Notes under the pieces: generated by a model
What the model saw: only the letters and a program-made list of their open reading frames with translations
Told to the model about the DNA's origin: nothing
The model's database searches: none
Position numbers and translations under genes: made by a program
Assembly (NCBI GenBank): GCA_930982035.1
Contig: CAKNJL010000005.1
Coordinates: 1 to 62,920, forward strand
Direction of reading: 5' to 3'
Length of the DNA: 62,920 bases
Source of the DNA: an uncultured Clostridium sp.
GTDB lineage: Bacteria > Bacillota > Clostridia > TANB77 > CAG-508
Shown here: piece after piece, positions 50,224 through 59,367 of the stretch
Numbering within the stretch: position 1 is the first letter of the stretch
Layout of the letters: each line of letters begins with the position of its first letter

Positions 50224-51132
50224 ATGAATACAAAGATAAATTTTGCAGGAATAGAAATGAAAAATCCAGTAACAGTTGCATCAGGGACATTTGGATATGG
50301 AAGGGAATATGCGGATTTTTTTGACTTGGGAAAATTAGGAGCAGTAATAACAAAAGGAACTTCACTAAAACCCAAAAGTGGAAATAAGCCATCAAGAGTA
50401 TGTGAAACAGCAAGTGGAATGTTAAATAGTATAGGACTTCAAAATCCAGGAGTTGAATATTTTGCAAATAATGATTTACCATATTTAAGAAAATTTGATA
50501 CAAAAATAATTGTAAATGCATGTGGGAGTTCAATTGATGAATATGTAGAGTTATGTAAGATATTAAATAATTTAGATATAGATGGAGTAGAATTAAACTT
50601 ATCTTGTCCGAATGTAAAAGAAGGATGTATGGCTTTTGGAAATACATATGAAGGAGTAAAAAAAGTAACTAGTGAAGTTAGAAAAGTATTAGATAAACCA
50701 TTAATAGTAAAATTAACACCAAATGTAACAGATATAGCAGGAATTGCAAAAGGAGTAGAAGATGGTGGCGCAGATGCGGTTTCTTTAATTAATACATTAT
50801 TGGCAATGAAAATAGATATTTATAAAAGAAAACCTGTACTTGCTAATAATACTGGTGGATTATCAGGCCCAGCAATTAAGCCAGTAGCAGTAAGAATGGT
50901 ATATCAAGTATCGCAAGCAGTTAATATTCCAATTCTGGGATTAGGTGGAATTATGACAGGAGAAGATGCCATAGAATTTATGTTAGCAGGAGCAACTGCA
51001 GTTTCAATTGGTGCTGGTAATTTTGTAGATCCATATACTAGCATAAAGACAATTGAAGGAATAGAAGAATATATGAGAAAATGCAATATAGATGATATTA
51101 ATGATATTATTGGAAAAGTAGAAATGAATTAG
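50224..51132 (+). CDS. pyrD: dihydroorotate dehydrogenase (family 1B) catalytic subunit
   Basis: ASGTFGYG, NLSCPN, KLTPNVT, GGLSGPAIKP. Confidence 0.96.
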   Translation: MNTKINFAGIEMKNPVTVASGTFGYGREYADFFDLGKLGAVITKGTSLKPKSGNKPSRVCETASGMLNSIGLQNPGVEYFANNDLPYLRKFDTKIIVNACGSSIDEYVELCKILNNLDIDGVELNLSCPNVKEGCMAFGNTYEGVKKVTSEVRKVLDKPLIVKLTPNVTDIAGIAKGVEDGGADAVSLINTLLAMKIDIYKRKPVLANNTGGLSGPAIKPVAVRMVYQVSQAVNIPILGLGGIMTGEDAIEFMLAGATAVSIGAGNFVDPYTSIKTIEGIEEYMRKCNIDDINDIIGKVEMN

Positions 51133-51360
51133 AAGGAGTTTAGGAAGGGACTAAATATCCTTCTTTTATTTTTTATATATTACTGTTTTATAATATATAA
51201 AAATATATTGAACATAATTTTGATTGTAGGCAAAAAGAAAACAAAAAATTATTTAATAGAATATTTTAATGTAAAAGAGAGTAAAAAAAGAAATAATAAA
51301 ATCCCTAGAGTATTTAAATGTAGGAAAAAACTAATGAAAAATTAAAGGGAGGAATGAAAA

Positions 51361-51711
51361 ATGAGACTAAAAAGCAAAAGAGGTATCACATTAATAGCAT
51401 TAGTTATCACAATTATTACATTTACAAAAGAAATGATGTTTGAAGAAGCCTTAAATACATCATATTTAGCATGCATATATGATATACAATATTTATTTGG
51501 AATAATTTCAATAATATTTTTAGTTACAAATATAAAAAATAGAAACAAAAACAAAGCAAATAATAATGAGAGGTATTATAGAAAAATATTTAGTAATTTA
51601 AAAGATTGGGTAAACAGAAAAAAGGAGAAAAATATGAACCATTATGTAGAATTAACAATATTAATTCCAGCACTAAATGAAGAAAAAACAATAGAAAATG
51701 TTATATTATAA
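51361..51711 (+). pseudogene. chimeric remnant: pilin leader, membrane-protein fragment and GT2 glycosyltransferase 5' fragment
   Basis: MRLKSKRG|ITLIALVITII then unrelated sequence. An internal SD AAGGAG and ATG 51634 give MNHYVELTILIPALNEEKTIENVIL* (GT2 N-terminus). Confidence 0.7.
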
Positions 51712-51860
51712 TTTGGTTTTTATAAAAATTAGCTATAAATTATAGCGATTTTTAACTAGAGATAAGATACAATTTTATTTAATTATTGAATTTTTTCTAG
51801 ATTTGTGCTATATTATGTGAAGTAACATGTCAATGTACTATTTTATAAGGAGGTGTCTTT

Positions 51861-53345
51861 ATGGCACAATTTTCACGGAGCAGTGGCATATTAATGCCAA
51901 TATTTTCATTACCAAGTGATTATCCAATAGGAAGCTTAGGAAAGGAAGCTTATCAGTTTGTCGATTTTCTGGCTTCTGCCAGACAAAAATATTGGCAAAT
52001 TTTGCCTGTCGGACACACAGGGTATGGAAATAGCCCATATCAATGTTACTCGGTAATTGCTGGTAATCCATACTTAATTAGTTTGGAAATGCTGGTAGAA
52101 GATGGTCTATTAAAGAAGGAGGACATACTTAGTTTTAAAGGAATTTTTCCAAAAGTAGACTATGAATTTTTACGTTCAGCACAGATGCCTATTTTAAAAA
52201 AGGCATTTAAAAATGTAGATTCAAGGATCTTAAAAGAAGCAAAGATTTTTGAATTGGAGAACAAAGAATGGCTAAATGATTATGCATTCTTTATGGCACT
52301 TAAAGATTACTTGGATGAAAAAGCTGTATGGGAGTGGAATAAAGATATTAGAACCAGAAACCCTAAAGCTATGTCAGAGTATGAAAAGATTTTGCAGAAG
52401 GATATCCTTTTTTACAAATTTATTCAGTATTTATTCTTTAAACAGTATAAAAAACTGAAAGATTATGCAAATTCAAAAGGAGTTAAGATTATAGGAGATA
52501 TTCCTATATATCCTTCTCCAGACAGCTGTGATGTCTGGGCAAATCCAAAACTTTTCAAAGTTGACGAAGAAAAACTAGTAACTAAAAAAATAGCAGGTGT
52601 ACCACCTGACTATTATTCTGCAACTGGACAAGTTTGGGGTAATCCTGTGTATGATTGGAACGTCCATGAGAAACAAGGTTATTCCTGGTGGATTTGGAGA
52701 ATGAAGAAGATGTTCGAAATTTCCGATGTGGTCCGCATTGACCATTTTAGAGCCTTTTGCAACTATTTTGAAATACCTCAAGGTGAAGAAACAGCTGTAA
52801 ATGGCAAATGGCAACCAGGTCCTAAGATGAAATTATTTAATGCAATAAAAAATCAGCTTGGGGATGTACCAATAATCGCTGAAGATTTAGGTGATATTGA
52901 TGATGCCGTTCGAGAATTTTTAGCAGAGTCTGGATATCCTGGTATGAGAGTTATGGTTTTTGGGTTACAAGAAAATGAAGATAATATGCATCTTCCTCAT
53001 AATTGGCCTAAAAATTGTGTAGGTTATACATCTACGCACGACTCTGAAACATTTGTACAAAAAGTATTGCTTCTAAATAAAATTGATAGAGCTTTTGCAA
53101 AAGACTATGTTAATTTTAATGAAACATGTAAGCTAGGGTTAAGTGCAGTACGTTCTGCAATGGCTTCAACGGCTAATATGGTAATATTCCCAATTCAAGA
53201 CTGTTTATCTTTAGGAAAAGAAGGCAGAATGAATACACCTTCAACAGTTTCAGAAAGCAATTGGTCTTGGAGATTACCAAAAAATGCATTGAGTGAAAGC
53301 CTGATAAAAAAACTAAGTAATTTTACACGAGTATATAAGCGTTGA
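51861..53345 (+). CDS. malQ: 4-alpha-glucanotransferase (amylomaltase, GH77)
   Basis: RSSGILMPIFSLP, SPYQ, GDIPIY, GVPPDY, RIDHFR, AEDLG, THD. Confidence 0.96.
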   Translation: MAQFSRSSGILMPIFSLPSDYPIGSLGKEAYQFVDFLASARQKYWQILPVGHTGYGNSPYQCYSVIAGNPYLISLEMLVEDGLLKKEDILSFKGIFPKVDYEFLRSAQMPILKKAFKNVDSRILKEAKIFELENKEWLNDYAFFMALKDYLDEKAVWEWNKDIRTRNPKAMSEYEKILQKDILFYKFIQYLFFKQYKKLKDYANSKGVKIIGDIPIYPSPDSCDVWANPKLFKVDEEKLVTKKIAGVPPDYYSATGQVWGNPVYDWNVHEKQGYSWWIWRMKKMFEISDVVRIDHFRAFCNYFEIPQGEETAVNGKWQPGPKMKLFNAIKNQLGDVPIIAEDLGDIDDAVREFLAESGYPGMRVMVFGLQENEDNMHLPHNWPKNCVGYTSTHDSETFVQKVLLLNKIDRAFAKDYVNFNETCKLGLSAVRSAMASTANMVIFPIQDCLSLGKEGRMNTPSTVSESNWSWRLPKNALSESLIKKLSNFTRVYKR

Positions 53346-53368
53346 TAATTATTTTGAAAATAATCCAA

Positions 53369-53396
53369 TCAATCCCTCAGTAATCTGAGGGATTGA
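53369..53396. terminator. bidirectional terminator between malQ and asnS
   Basis: TCAATCCCTCAG-TAAT-CTGAGGGATTGA. Confidence 0.75.
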
Positions 53397-53400
53397 AATT

Positions 53401-54792
53401 TTAAAACTCACAATTTTTAGGTGTTCTAGGGAAAGGTATTACATCACGAATATTTTGCATACCAGTTAAATACATAATAGCTCTTTCAAAACCTAGACCA
53501 AAACCAGAATGAACACAACTACCATATTTTCTTAAATCCAAATACCAATCATAAGTATCAATATCCATATTTAATTCTTTCATTCTAGCCAGCAATTTAT
53601 CATAATTTTCTTCTCTTTGACTACCACCAATAATTTCACCAATTCCAGGAACAAGCAAATCAGCAGCAGCAACTGTTTTACCATCTGGATTTTGTTTCAT
53701 ATAAAAAGCTTTAATATCCATAGGATAATCTGTTACAAAAACAGGCTTTTTAAATACTTGTTCACAAAGATATCTTTCATGTTCTGTTTGTAAATCAACA
53801 CCCCAAGATACTTTGAACTCGAATTTATCATTTGCTTTTTCTAACTCTTTAATTGCATCTGTATAAGAAATTCTAGCAAAATCAGAATGAATAACATTAT
53901 TCAATCTATCTAATAGCCCTTTGTCTACAAAACTATTAAAAAATTCCATTTCCTCTTTACAATTTTCTAAAACATAAGAAAAAGTATATTTAAGCATTTC
54001 TTCTGCCAAATCCATATCATCATTTAAATCAGCAAAACAGATTTCAGGTTCAATCATCCAAAATTCAGCAGCATGTTTTACAGTGTTAGAATTTTCAGCT
54101 CTAAATGTTGGACCAAAAGTATATACATTTCTAAAAGCAGTTGCATATGTTTCAACATTTAATTGACCACTTACAGTAAGATGAGCAGGCTTTCCAAAAA
54201 AGTCTTTTGTAAAATCTACTTGTCCATCATCTGTTTTTGGAACATTTGCAAGGTCAAAAGAATTAACATTAAACATTTCTCCAGCACCTTCTGCATCACT
54301 AGACGTAAGTATAGGAGTATGAACATATACAAATCCATTTTCTTGGAAAAATTTATGTATTGCATAAGCAAAAACACTTCTTACTCTAAATACAGCATTA
54401 AAAGTATTTGTTCTAGGACGAAGATGTGCTATTGTTCTTAAATATTCAAAAGAATGTCTCTTTTTTTGAAGTGGATATTCCAAGTTACATAAATTTAAAA
54501 TTTCTATATTTTTTGCTTGTATTTCAAAAGGTTGTTTTGCATTTGTTGTTATAACTAAAGTACCAGTAACTTTAATAGAAGAACTAATTGATAATTTAGC
54601 TACTTCATTAAAATTATCTAACTTGTCACTAAAAACAATTTGAACATTTTTGAAAAATGAACCATCATTTAATTCAATAAATCCAAATGTTTTAGAATCA
54701 CGAATTGTTCTTACCCAACCTTCTAAAGTTATATCTTTGTTTTCATATTCATTTGTGTTTTTGTATAATTCTTTAATTACTAATTTATTCAT
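53401..54792 (-). CDS. asnS: asparagine--tRNA ligase
   Basis: [38 protein letters not shown]. Confidence 0.97.
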   Translation of the reverse strand: MNKLVIKELYKNTNEYENKDITLEGWVRTIRDSKTFGFIELNDGSFFKNVQIVFSDKLDNFNEVAKLSISSSIKVTGTLVITTNAKQPFEIQAKNIEILNLCNLEYPLQKKRHSFEYLRTIAHLRPRTNTFNAVFRVRSVFAYAIHKFFQENGFVYVHTPILTSSDAEGAGEMFNVNSFDLANVPKTDDGQVDFTKDFFGKPAHLTVSGQLNVETYATAFRNVYTFGPTFRAENSNTVKHAAEFWMIEPEICFADLNDDMDLAEEMLKYTFSYVLENCKEEMEFFNSFVDKGLLDRLNNVIHSDFARISYTDAIKELEKANDKFEFKVSWGVDLQTEHERYLCEQVFKKPVFVTDYPMDIKAFYMKQNPDGKTVAAADLLVPGIGEIIGGSQREENYDKLLARMKELNMDIDTYDWYLDLRKYGSCVHSGFGLGFERAIMYLTGMQNIRDVIPFPRTPKNCEF

Positions 54793-54913
54793 ATATGAAC
54801 CTCCATAAAATTTGTATTTTTGAAATCTATTAACAAATGTAATTATATCCTAAAACTATCATAAATTCAACCAATTTCAAAAAAGAGAATAAATATATCT
54901 GCTATTGTTTTTG

Positions 54914-54948
54914 AATGGAACGATTTGGCACGTCCCTAACGTTCCATT
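54914..54948 (-). repeat. single REP-like unit, family D
   Basis: AATGGAACGATTTGGCACGTCCCTAACGTTCCATT matches 31947-31977. Confidence 0.85.
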
Positions 54949-55037
54949 TTTGGAAATTTCTTCATTTCATAAATTTAATAAAATTATAAAAATTAGACAT
55001 AATAATAATACAAAATAAAAAAGGAGGAATTTATAAA

Positions 55038-56114
55038 ATGAAAAAAATTACTAATATAATACTTATTATATCAACAATTTTTACAATTATACTTTTATTT
55101 AATACAAACAAAGTACAAGCAGTTGCATTAGATAATATAGAAATTTCCACAAATAAAAATACAGTAAATCCAGGAGACACAATAACACTTACAATTACTT
55201 TTGGAAAACCATTAGGAGCATATACATTTGATATAGCATATGATAATAACTTACTAGAATATGTAGAAACAGATGGAGGAACACCAAATGATAATGGAAC
55301 AAGAGTAAGAGTTGTATTTTATGATTCAACAGGAGGAACAAGTCCAAGAGAAAGTATGAATATAACATTTAAAGCAAAAGAAGGAATAATTACATCTAAT
55401 CCAACAGACTTAGCAGTTACAGCAGAAGGATTATCAAATCCAGACGCAAGTGAAAGTTATGATGATATAACCACAGCACTAGAAAAAAATATAGTAGTAG
55501 AACCAAGATATGAAGATTATAAGTTTAATTTATCATATACAGGAGGAACTATAATAAATGAAGAAAAAGAAATGACACTTTCATTAACATCAAGTATGGG
55601 AAAAAATTATAACCATGCAAGAATAATAGCAGAAGCAAAAACGCCAGATGGAGGAAATGTACAATTAAAAGGAACAGATGAAACACAAACAGAGTATGAC
55701 ATAATTGATAGCGGTTGGGGAGATCCTTCAGGATATGCAATTGGAGGACAAAATGTTAATAAAGTATTAAATCTAAGAGGAATATTTGACAAAGCAGGAA
55801 CCTATACACTTACTTTTAAATTAATAGATAGAGATAATTCAGATGCTATTATAGCAGAAAATAGTTTTCAAGTAACAGTAACAGACACAGAAACAACACC
55901 ACCAGAAGAAGAAACACCTGAAAATAATACAGAGGGAACAACAGGGCAAGAAAATAATAATCAACAAAATAACACACAACAAAATAATGGAGAAGAAAAT
56001 CTTCCAGCACAATTACCAAAAACAGGTATGAATTTATATATTCCAGTAGCAGTGATATTTATTGCAATTATAAGCACATCACTATATATGAATATGAAAA
56101 AGAAAAATAAATAG
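55038..56114 (+). CDS. LPXTG-anchored surface protein with cohesin-like N-terminal domain
   Basis: Signal peptide; NTVNPGDTITLTI...IAYDNNLLEYV; LPKTG + TM + basic tail. Confidence 0.8.
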   Translation: MKKITNIILIISTIFTIILLFNTNKVQAVALDNIEISTNKNTVNPGDTITLTITFGKPLGAYTFDIAYDNNLLEYVETDGGTPNDNGTRVRVVFYDSTGGTSPRESMNITFKAKEGIITSNPTDLAVTAEGLSNPDASESYDDITTALEKNIVVEPRYEDYKFNLSYTGGTIINEEKEMTLSLTSSMGKNYNHARIIAEAKTPDGGNVQLKGTDETQTEYDIIDSGWGDPSGYAIGGQNVNKVLNLRGIFDKAGTYTLTFKLIDRDNSDAIIAENSFQVTVTDTETTPPEEETPENNTEGTTGQENNNQQNNTQQNNGEENLPAQLPKTGMNLYIPVAVIFIAIISTSLYMNMKKKNK

Positions 56115-56125
56115 AAGGAAAAGAA

Positions 56126-56830
56126 TTGAGAACGAAAGATAGAAAAAAATGTATATTTATCTTAACATTTATAATTGCAGTTTTAATTATACTAATAATC
56201 TTAATAAATAAAGTTAATTTAAAAAAAGTAAATATTGCTAATAATGATATAGAAAGAAAAATTGAAACAACATTAGTAAATACTCAAAATGCAGAAAAAG
56301 AAGAAGTTTCAAGAGAAGATTCAGAACAAAAATCAGCAGAAATAACAGAAAATGAAAAAGGAAACAATGTTAATAATGATAAAAGTAAAGATACAGTAAA
56401 TGAAGAAGTCATATCAGAATATAAAGGATATCCAGTAATTGCTAAATTAGAAATTCCAAAAATAGAATTAGAAACTTATGTGATTTCAGAATACAGTGAA
56501 AAAGCACTAGGAGTATCAGTAACAAAATTTTATGGTGGTAATCCAAATGAAGTAGGAAACTTTTGTATAGCAGGACACAATTATATTACTAAGAATATGT
56601 TTCATGATATCAAAAAATTATCTAATGGTGATGAAATCATTTTAACAGATTTAGAAGGAAATTGTATTAAATATGAAGTGTATTTAATAGAAACAGTTGA
56701 ACCAACAGAAACAAAATGTTTATCTCAAAAAACAAATGGAAGAGTAGAATTGACGCTAATTACATGCACGACAGATTCATCAAAAAGAATAATAGTAAAA
56801 GCAGTGGAGACGAAAAAAAAACAGAGATAG
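56126..56830 (+). CDS. sortase
   Basis: GNFCIAGHN, LTLITC, KRIIV (His-Cys-Arg triad). Confidence 0.92.
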   Translation: MRTKDRKKCIFILTFIIAVLIILIILINKVNLKKVNIANNDIERKIETTLVNTQNAEKEEVSREDSEQKSAEITENEKGNNVNNDKSKDTVNEEVISEYKGYPVIAKLEIPKIELETYVISEYSEKALGVSVTKFYGGNPNEVGNFCIAGHNYITKNMFHDIKKLSNGDEIILTDLEGNCIKYEVYLIETVEPTETKCLSQKTNGRVELTLITCTTDSSKRIIVKAVETKKKQR

Positions 56831-57042
56831 CAGGGATTTTGGGGGCGGTCCTTTTTTCCCGATTTTGGGGGATTTTGGGGACGGTCCTTTCTTCCCGATT
56901 TTGGGGGATTTTTGGGACGGTCCTTCAATCCCTGTTTTTAAGAAGTAAGAGCTATATTTAAAAGATATTAAAAACAGGGATTGAAGGACCGTTCCAAAAA
57001 TCCCCCAAAATCGGGAAAAAAGGACCGTCCCTCAAATCCCTG
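56831..57042. repeat. REPIN-like element with 36-nt tandem arms, family B
   Basis: Three left units (CGGTCC at 56846, 56882, 56918) and two inverted right units (GGACCG at 56986, 57022) around an AT-rich spacer. Confidence 0.9.
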
Positions 57043-57053
57043 AAGGAGTCAAT

Positions 57054-59348
57054 ATGTTTAATAAAAAATTATTATATTCATTTTATATAATTTTAATAAT
57101 AATGCTAACAATATTTATATCTAATAAAATAAATGTAAAAGCATTAAACAATTTTGAAAAATCAGAGACATTAGAGGGAATAGAAAATTTTCCAGAAAGC
57201 TATAAGCCATATTTGGAAGAGTTGAAAAAAAATCATCCAAATTGGACATTTACAGCATTATATACAAATTTAGATTGGGATTATGTAATAAAAAATGAAA
57301 ATGTTTTTGGAAAAAATTTAGTACCAAAGTCATATTCTGATAATTGGAAAAATACGAATCCAGGTGAATATAATGTAGAAGTGGATGCTGGTTGGGTTGA
57401 TTGCTCAAAACAGTCGATTTTATATACTATGGATCCAAGAAATTTTTTGAATGAGGTTAGAATTTTTCAATTTGAAGAATTGTCTTATAATGCAAATACA
57501 AATTCTGTAGATGGTGTAGAGAAAATATTATATGGTACGGAATTTTATAATACTATTGTAAGTTATTTAACTTCTAGTGGAAGTACAATCACAATGAATA
57601 AAAAATATTCTGATTTAATATATAGTGCAGGCGTGACTTCTAAGGTTAGTGCATATCATTTGGCGTCAAGAATAAAGCAGGAGGTAGGTCCATTTTTATC
57701 ACATAGTTCTATTAGTGGAAAAGTGGCAGGATATGAGGGACTATACAATTTCTATAATATAGGTGCTACAAGTTCTTCAGAGCCAATGGGAGCAATTATA
57801 AATGGTTTAAAATATGCAAGAGATGGAAAAGGAGCTAGTGAAGCAACAAAAACTAAGTATTTGATACCATGGAATACAAAGGAAAGAGCGATAACAGGAG
57901 GAGGAATATTTATAGGTTCTAGTTACATTAATATTGGACAGAATAATATATATTTACAGAAATTTCATGTGAGTGATAATAATAATGGCGAGTTGTTTTG
58001 GCATCAATATATGACTAATGTATTGGCTCCATATAGTGAATCTCAAATTATATATAAAGGGTATTCAAATAGCAATTTGTTAGATACAAGTATTAATTTT
58101 ATTATTCCTATATATAACAATATGCCAGAAATACAAGAAGAAAGTCCAGCTATTAATAAATCAGATTATGAAAGTGACAATACCAAAGTTTATGCCAATG
58201 TTCAGACAAGCTTAAATATTAGAAGTGGTCCAAGTACAAGTTATGAAAAAATTACAACAGTTTCATCAAATGAAATTATGACTAGAATTGCTAAAGGAAA
58301 ACAAAAAGGAGATTTATGGGATAGAGTAATTTTAGAAAATGGAATTGTAGGATATGTGTTTCAAGAATATTTAGAAGAGGTTCCAGAAATTCAAGTAGAG
58401 GAAATAAGGTTATCAGTAGATAATAGAGTAATAAATAAAAATGAAATTAGTAAAATAAATGTAGAGATATACCCACAAAACGCTAAAGATCAAAAGCTGA
58501 AATATATTTCAAGTAATGAAAAAGTAGTAAAAGTAGATGATTATGGCAATATTTATGGAATATCATCAGGAACAGCTAAAATAGCAGTAAGAGCAATATC
58601 AAATGGTGTAGAAGCAAGTATAGATATAGAAGTATATAGTAAAGTCACAGGAATAGAATTAAATGTGGAAAACTTAACTTTGCAAGAGGGAGATAATTAT
58701 CAAATACTAGCTAATATAGAGCCAGAAGATGCAAATAATAAAAATGTAAAATATATTTCTGAAAATAGTGATATTGCAAGTGTAGATAATACAGGTAAAA
58801 TAAATGCTAATAAAACTGGAAATACCAATATAAAAGTTTGTTCAGAAGAGGATGAAAATATTAATAAAGTTATAAGTGTAAATGTAATAGAAAAAATTTC
58901 AGAAGATGATTTAAGTTTTAGCTCTAATATAAAAGTTGATGGAAATGAAATAAGTGGAATAAATAAAGAAATCAGAACAGTAGAGAAATTACTAGAAAAC
59001 ATAAATATTAGTGACAAATATTTTATAAAAATAGTAAATAAAGAAGGAAACATTTTGCAACAAAATGATTTAGTAGGAACTGGTTCAAAGGTGCAGGTAT
59101 TTATACAAAATTCTCAAGAAGTATTGGTATGTGAATATCAAATAATAATTTATGGTGATATAGATGGTAATGGAAAAATAAATAGTGTTGATTTGCTAAA
59201 ATTGCAAAGAAATATATTAGAAATTGAAGAATTAGATTTTATAGCACAAAAAGCAGGAAATATAAATAAAAATGGTAAAAAACCGACGTCATTGGATTTA
59301 TTATTAATCCAAAGACATATCCTAGGAATAAAGTTTATAGAGCAATAA
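57054..59348 (+). CDS. secreted cell-wall hydrolase (glucosaminidase-like) with SH3, two Ig-like domains and C-terminal dockerin
   Basis: ASRIKQE, YNFYNIGA, HQYMTNV; LNIRSGPSTSY (SH3b); YISSNEKVVKVD and SENSDIASVD (Big_2); YGDIDGNGKINSVDLLKL...NINKNG..TSLDLLLIQRHILG (dockerin). Confidence 0.8.
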   Translation: MFNKKLLYSFYIILIIMLTIFISNKINVKALNNFEKSETLEGIENFPESYKPYLEELKKNHPNWTFTALYTNLDWDYVIKNENVFGKNLVPKSYSDNWKNTNPGEYNVEVDAGWVDCSKQSILYTMDPRNFLNEVRIFQFEELSYNANTNSVDGVEKILYGTEFYNTIVSYLTSSGSTITMNKKYSDLIYSAGVTSKVSAYHLASRIKQEVGPFLSHSSISGKVAGYEGLYNFYNIGATSSSEPMGAIINGLKYARDGKGASEATKTKYLIPWNTKERAITGGGIFIGSSYINIGQNNIYLQKFHVSDNNNGELFWHQYMTNVLAPYSESQIIYKGYSNSNLLDTSINFIIPIYNNMPEIQEESPAINKSDYESDNTKVYANVQTSLNIRSGPSTSYEKITTVSSNEIMTRIAKGKQKGDLWDRVILENGIVGYVFQEYLEEVPEIQVEEIRLSVDNRVINKNEISKINVEIYPQNAKDQKLKYISSNEKVVKVDDYGNIYGISSGTAKIAVRAISNGVEASIDIEVYSKVTGIELNVENLTLQEGDNYQILANIEPEDANNKNVKYISENSDIASVDNTGKINANKTGNTNIKVCSEEDENINKVISVNVIEKISEDDLSFSSNIKVDGNEISGINKEIRTVEKLLENINISDKYFIKIVNKEGNILQQNDLVGTGSKVQVFIQNSQEVLVCEYQIIIYGDIDGNGKINSVDLLKLQRNILEIEELDFIAQKAGNINKNGKKPTSLDLLLIQRHILGIKFIEQ

Positions 59349-59367
59349 ATTATATAGGAGGAAAGTT

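Noticed and set aside
51303..51325. Decayed copy of the 23-bp site upstream of the second pilin leader (CCCTAGAGTATTTAAATGTAGG)
   Set aside because: The match is only partial in AT-rich DNA, and I found no partner site.
56831..57042. CRISPR array (36-nt period)
   Set aside because: The whole 36-mer repeats without spacers and the two halves are inverted.
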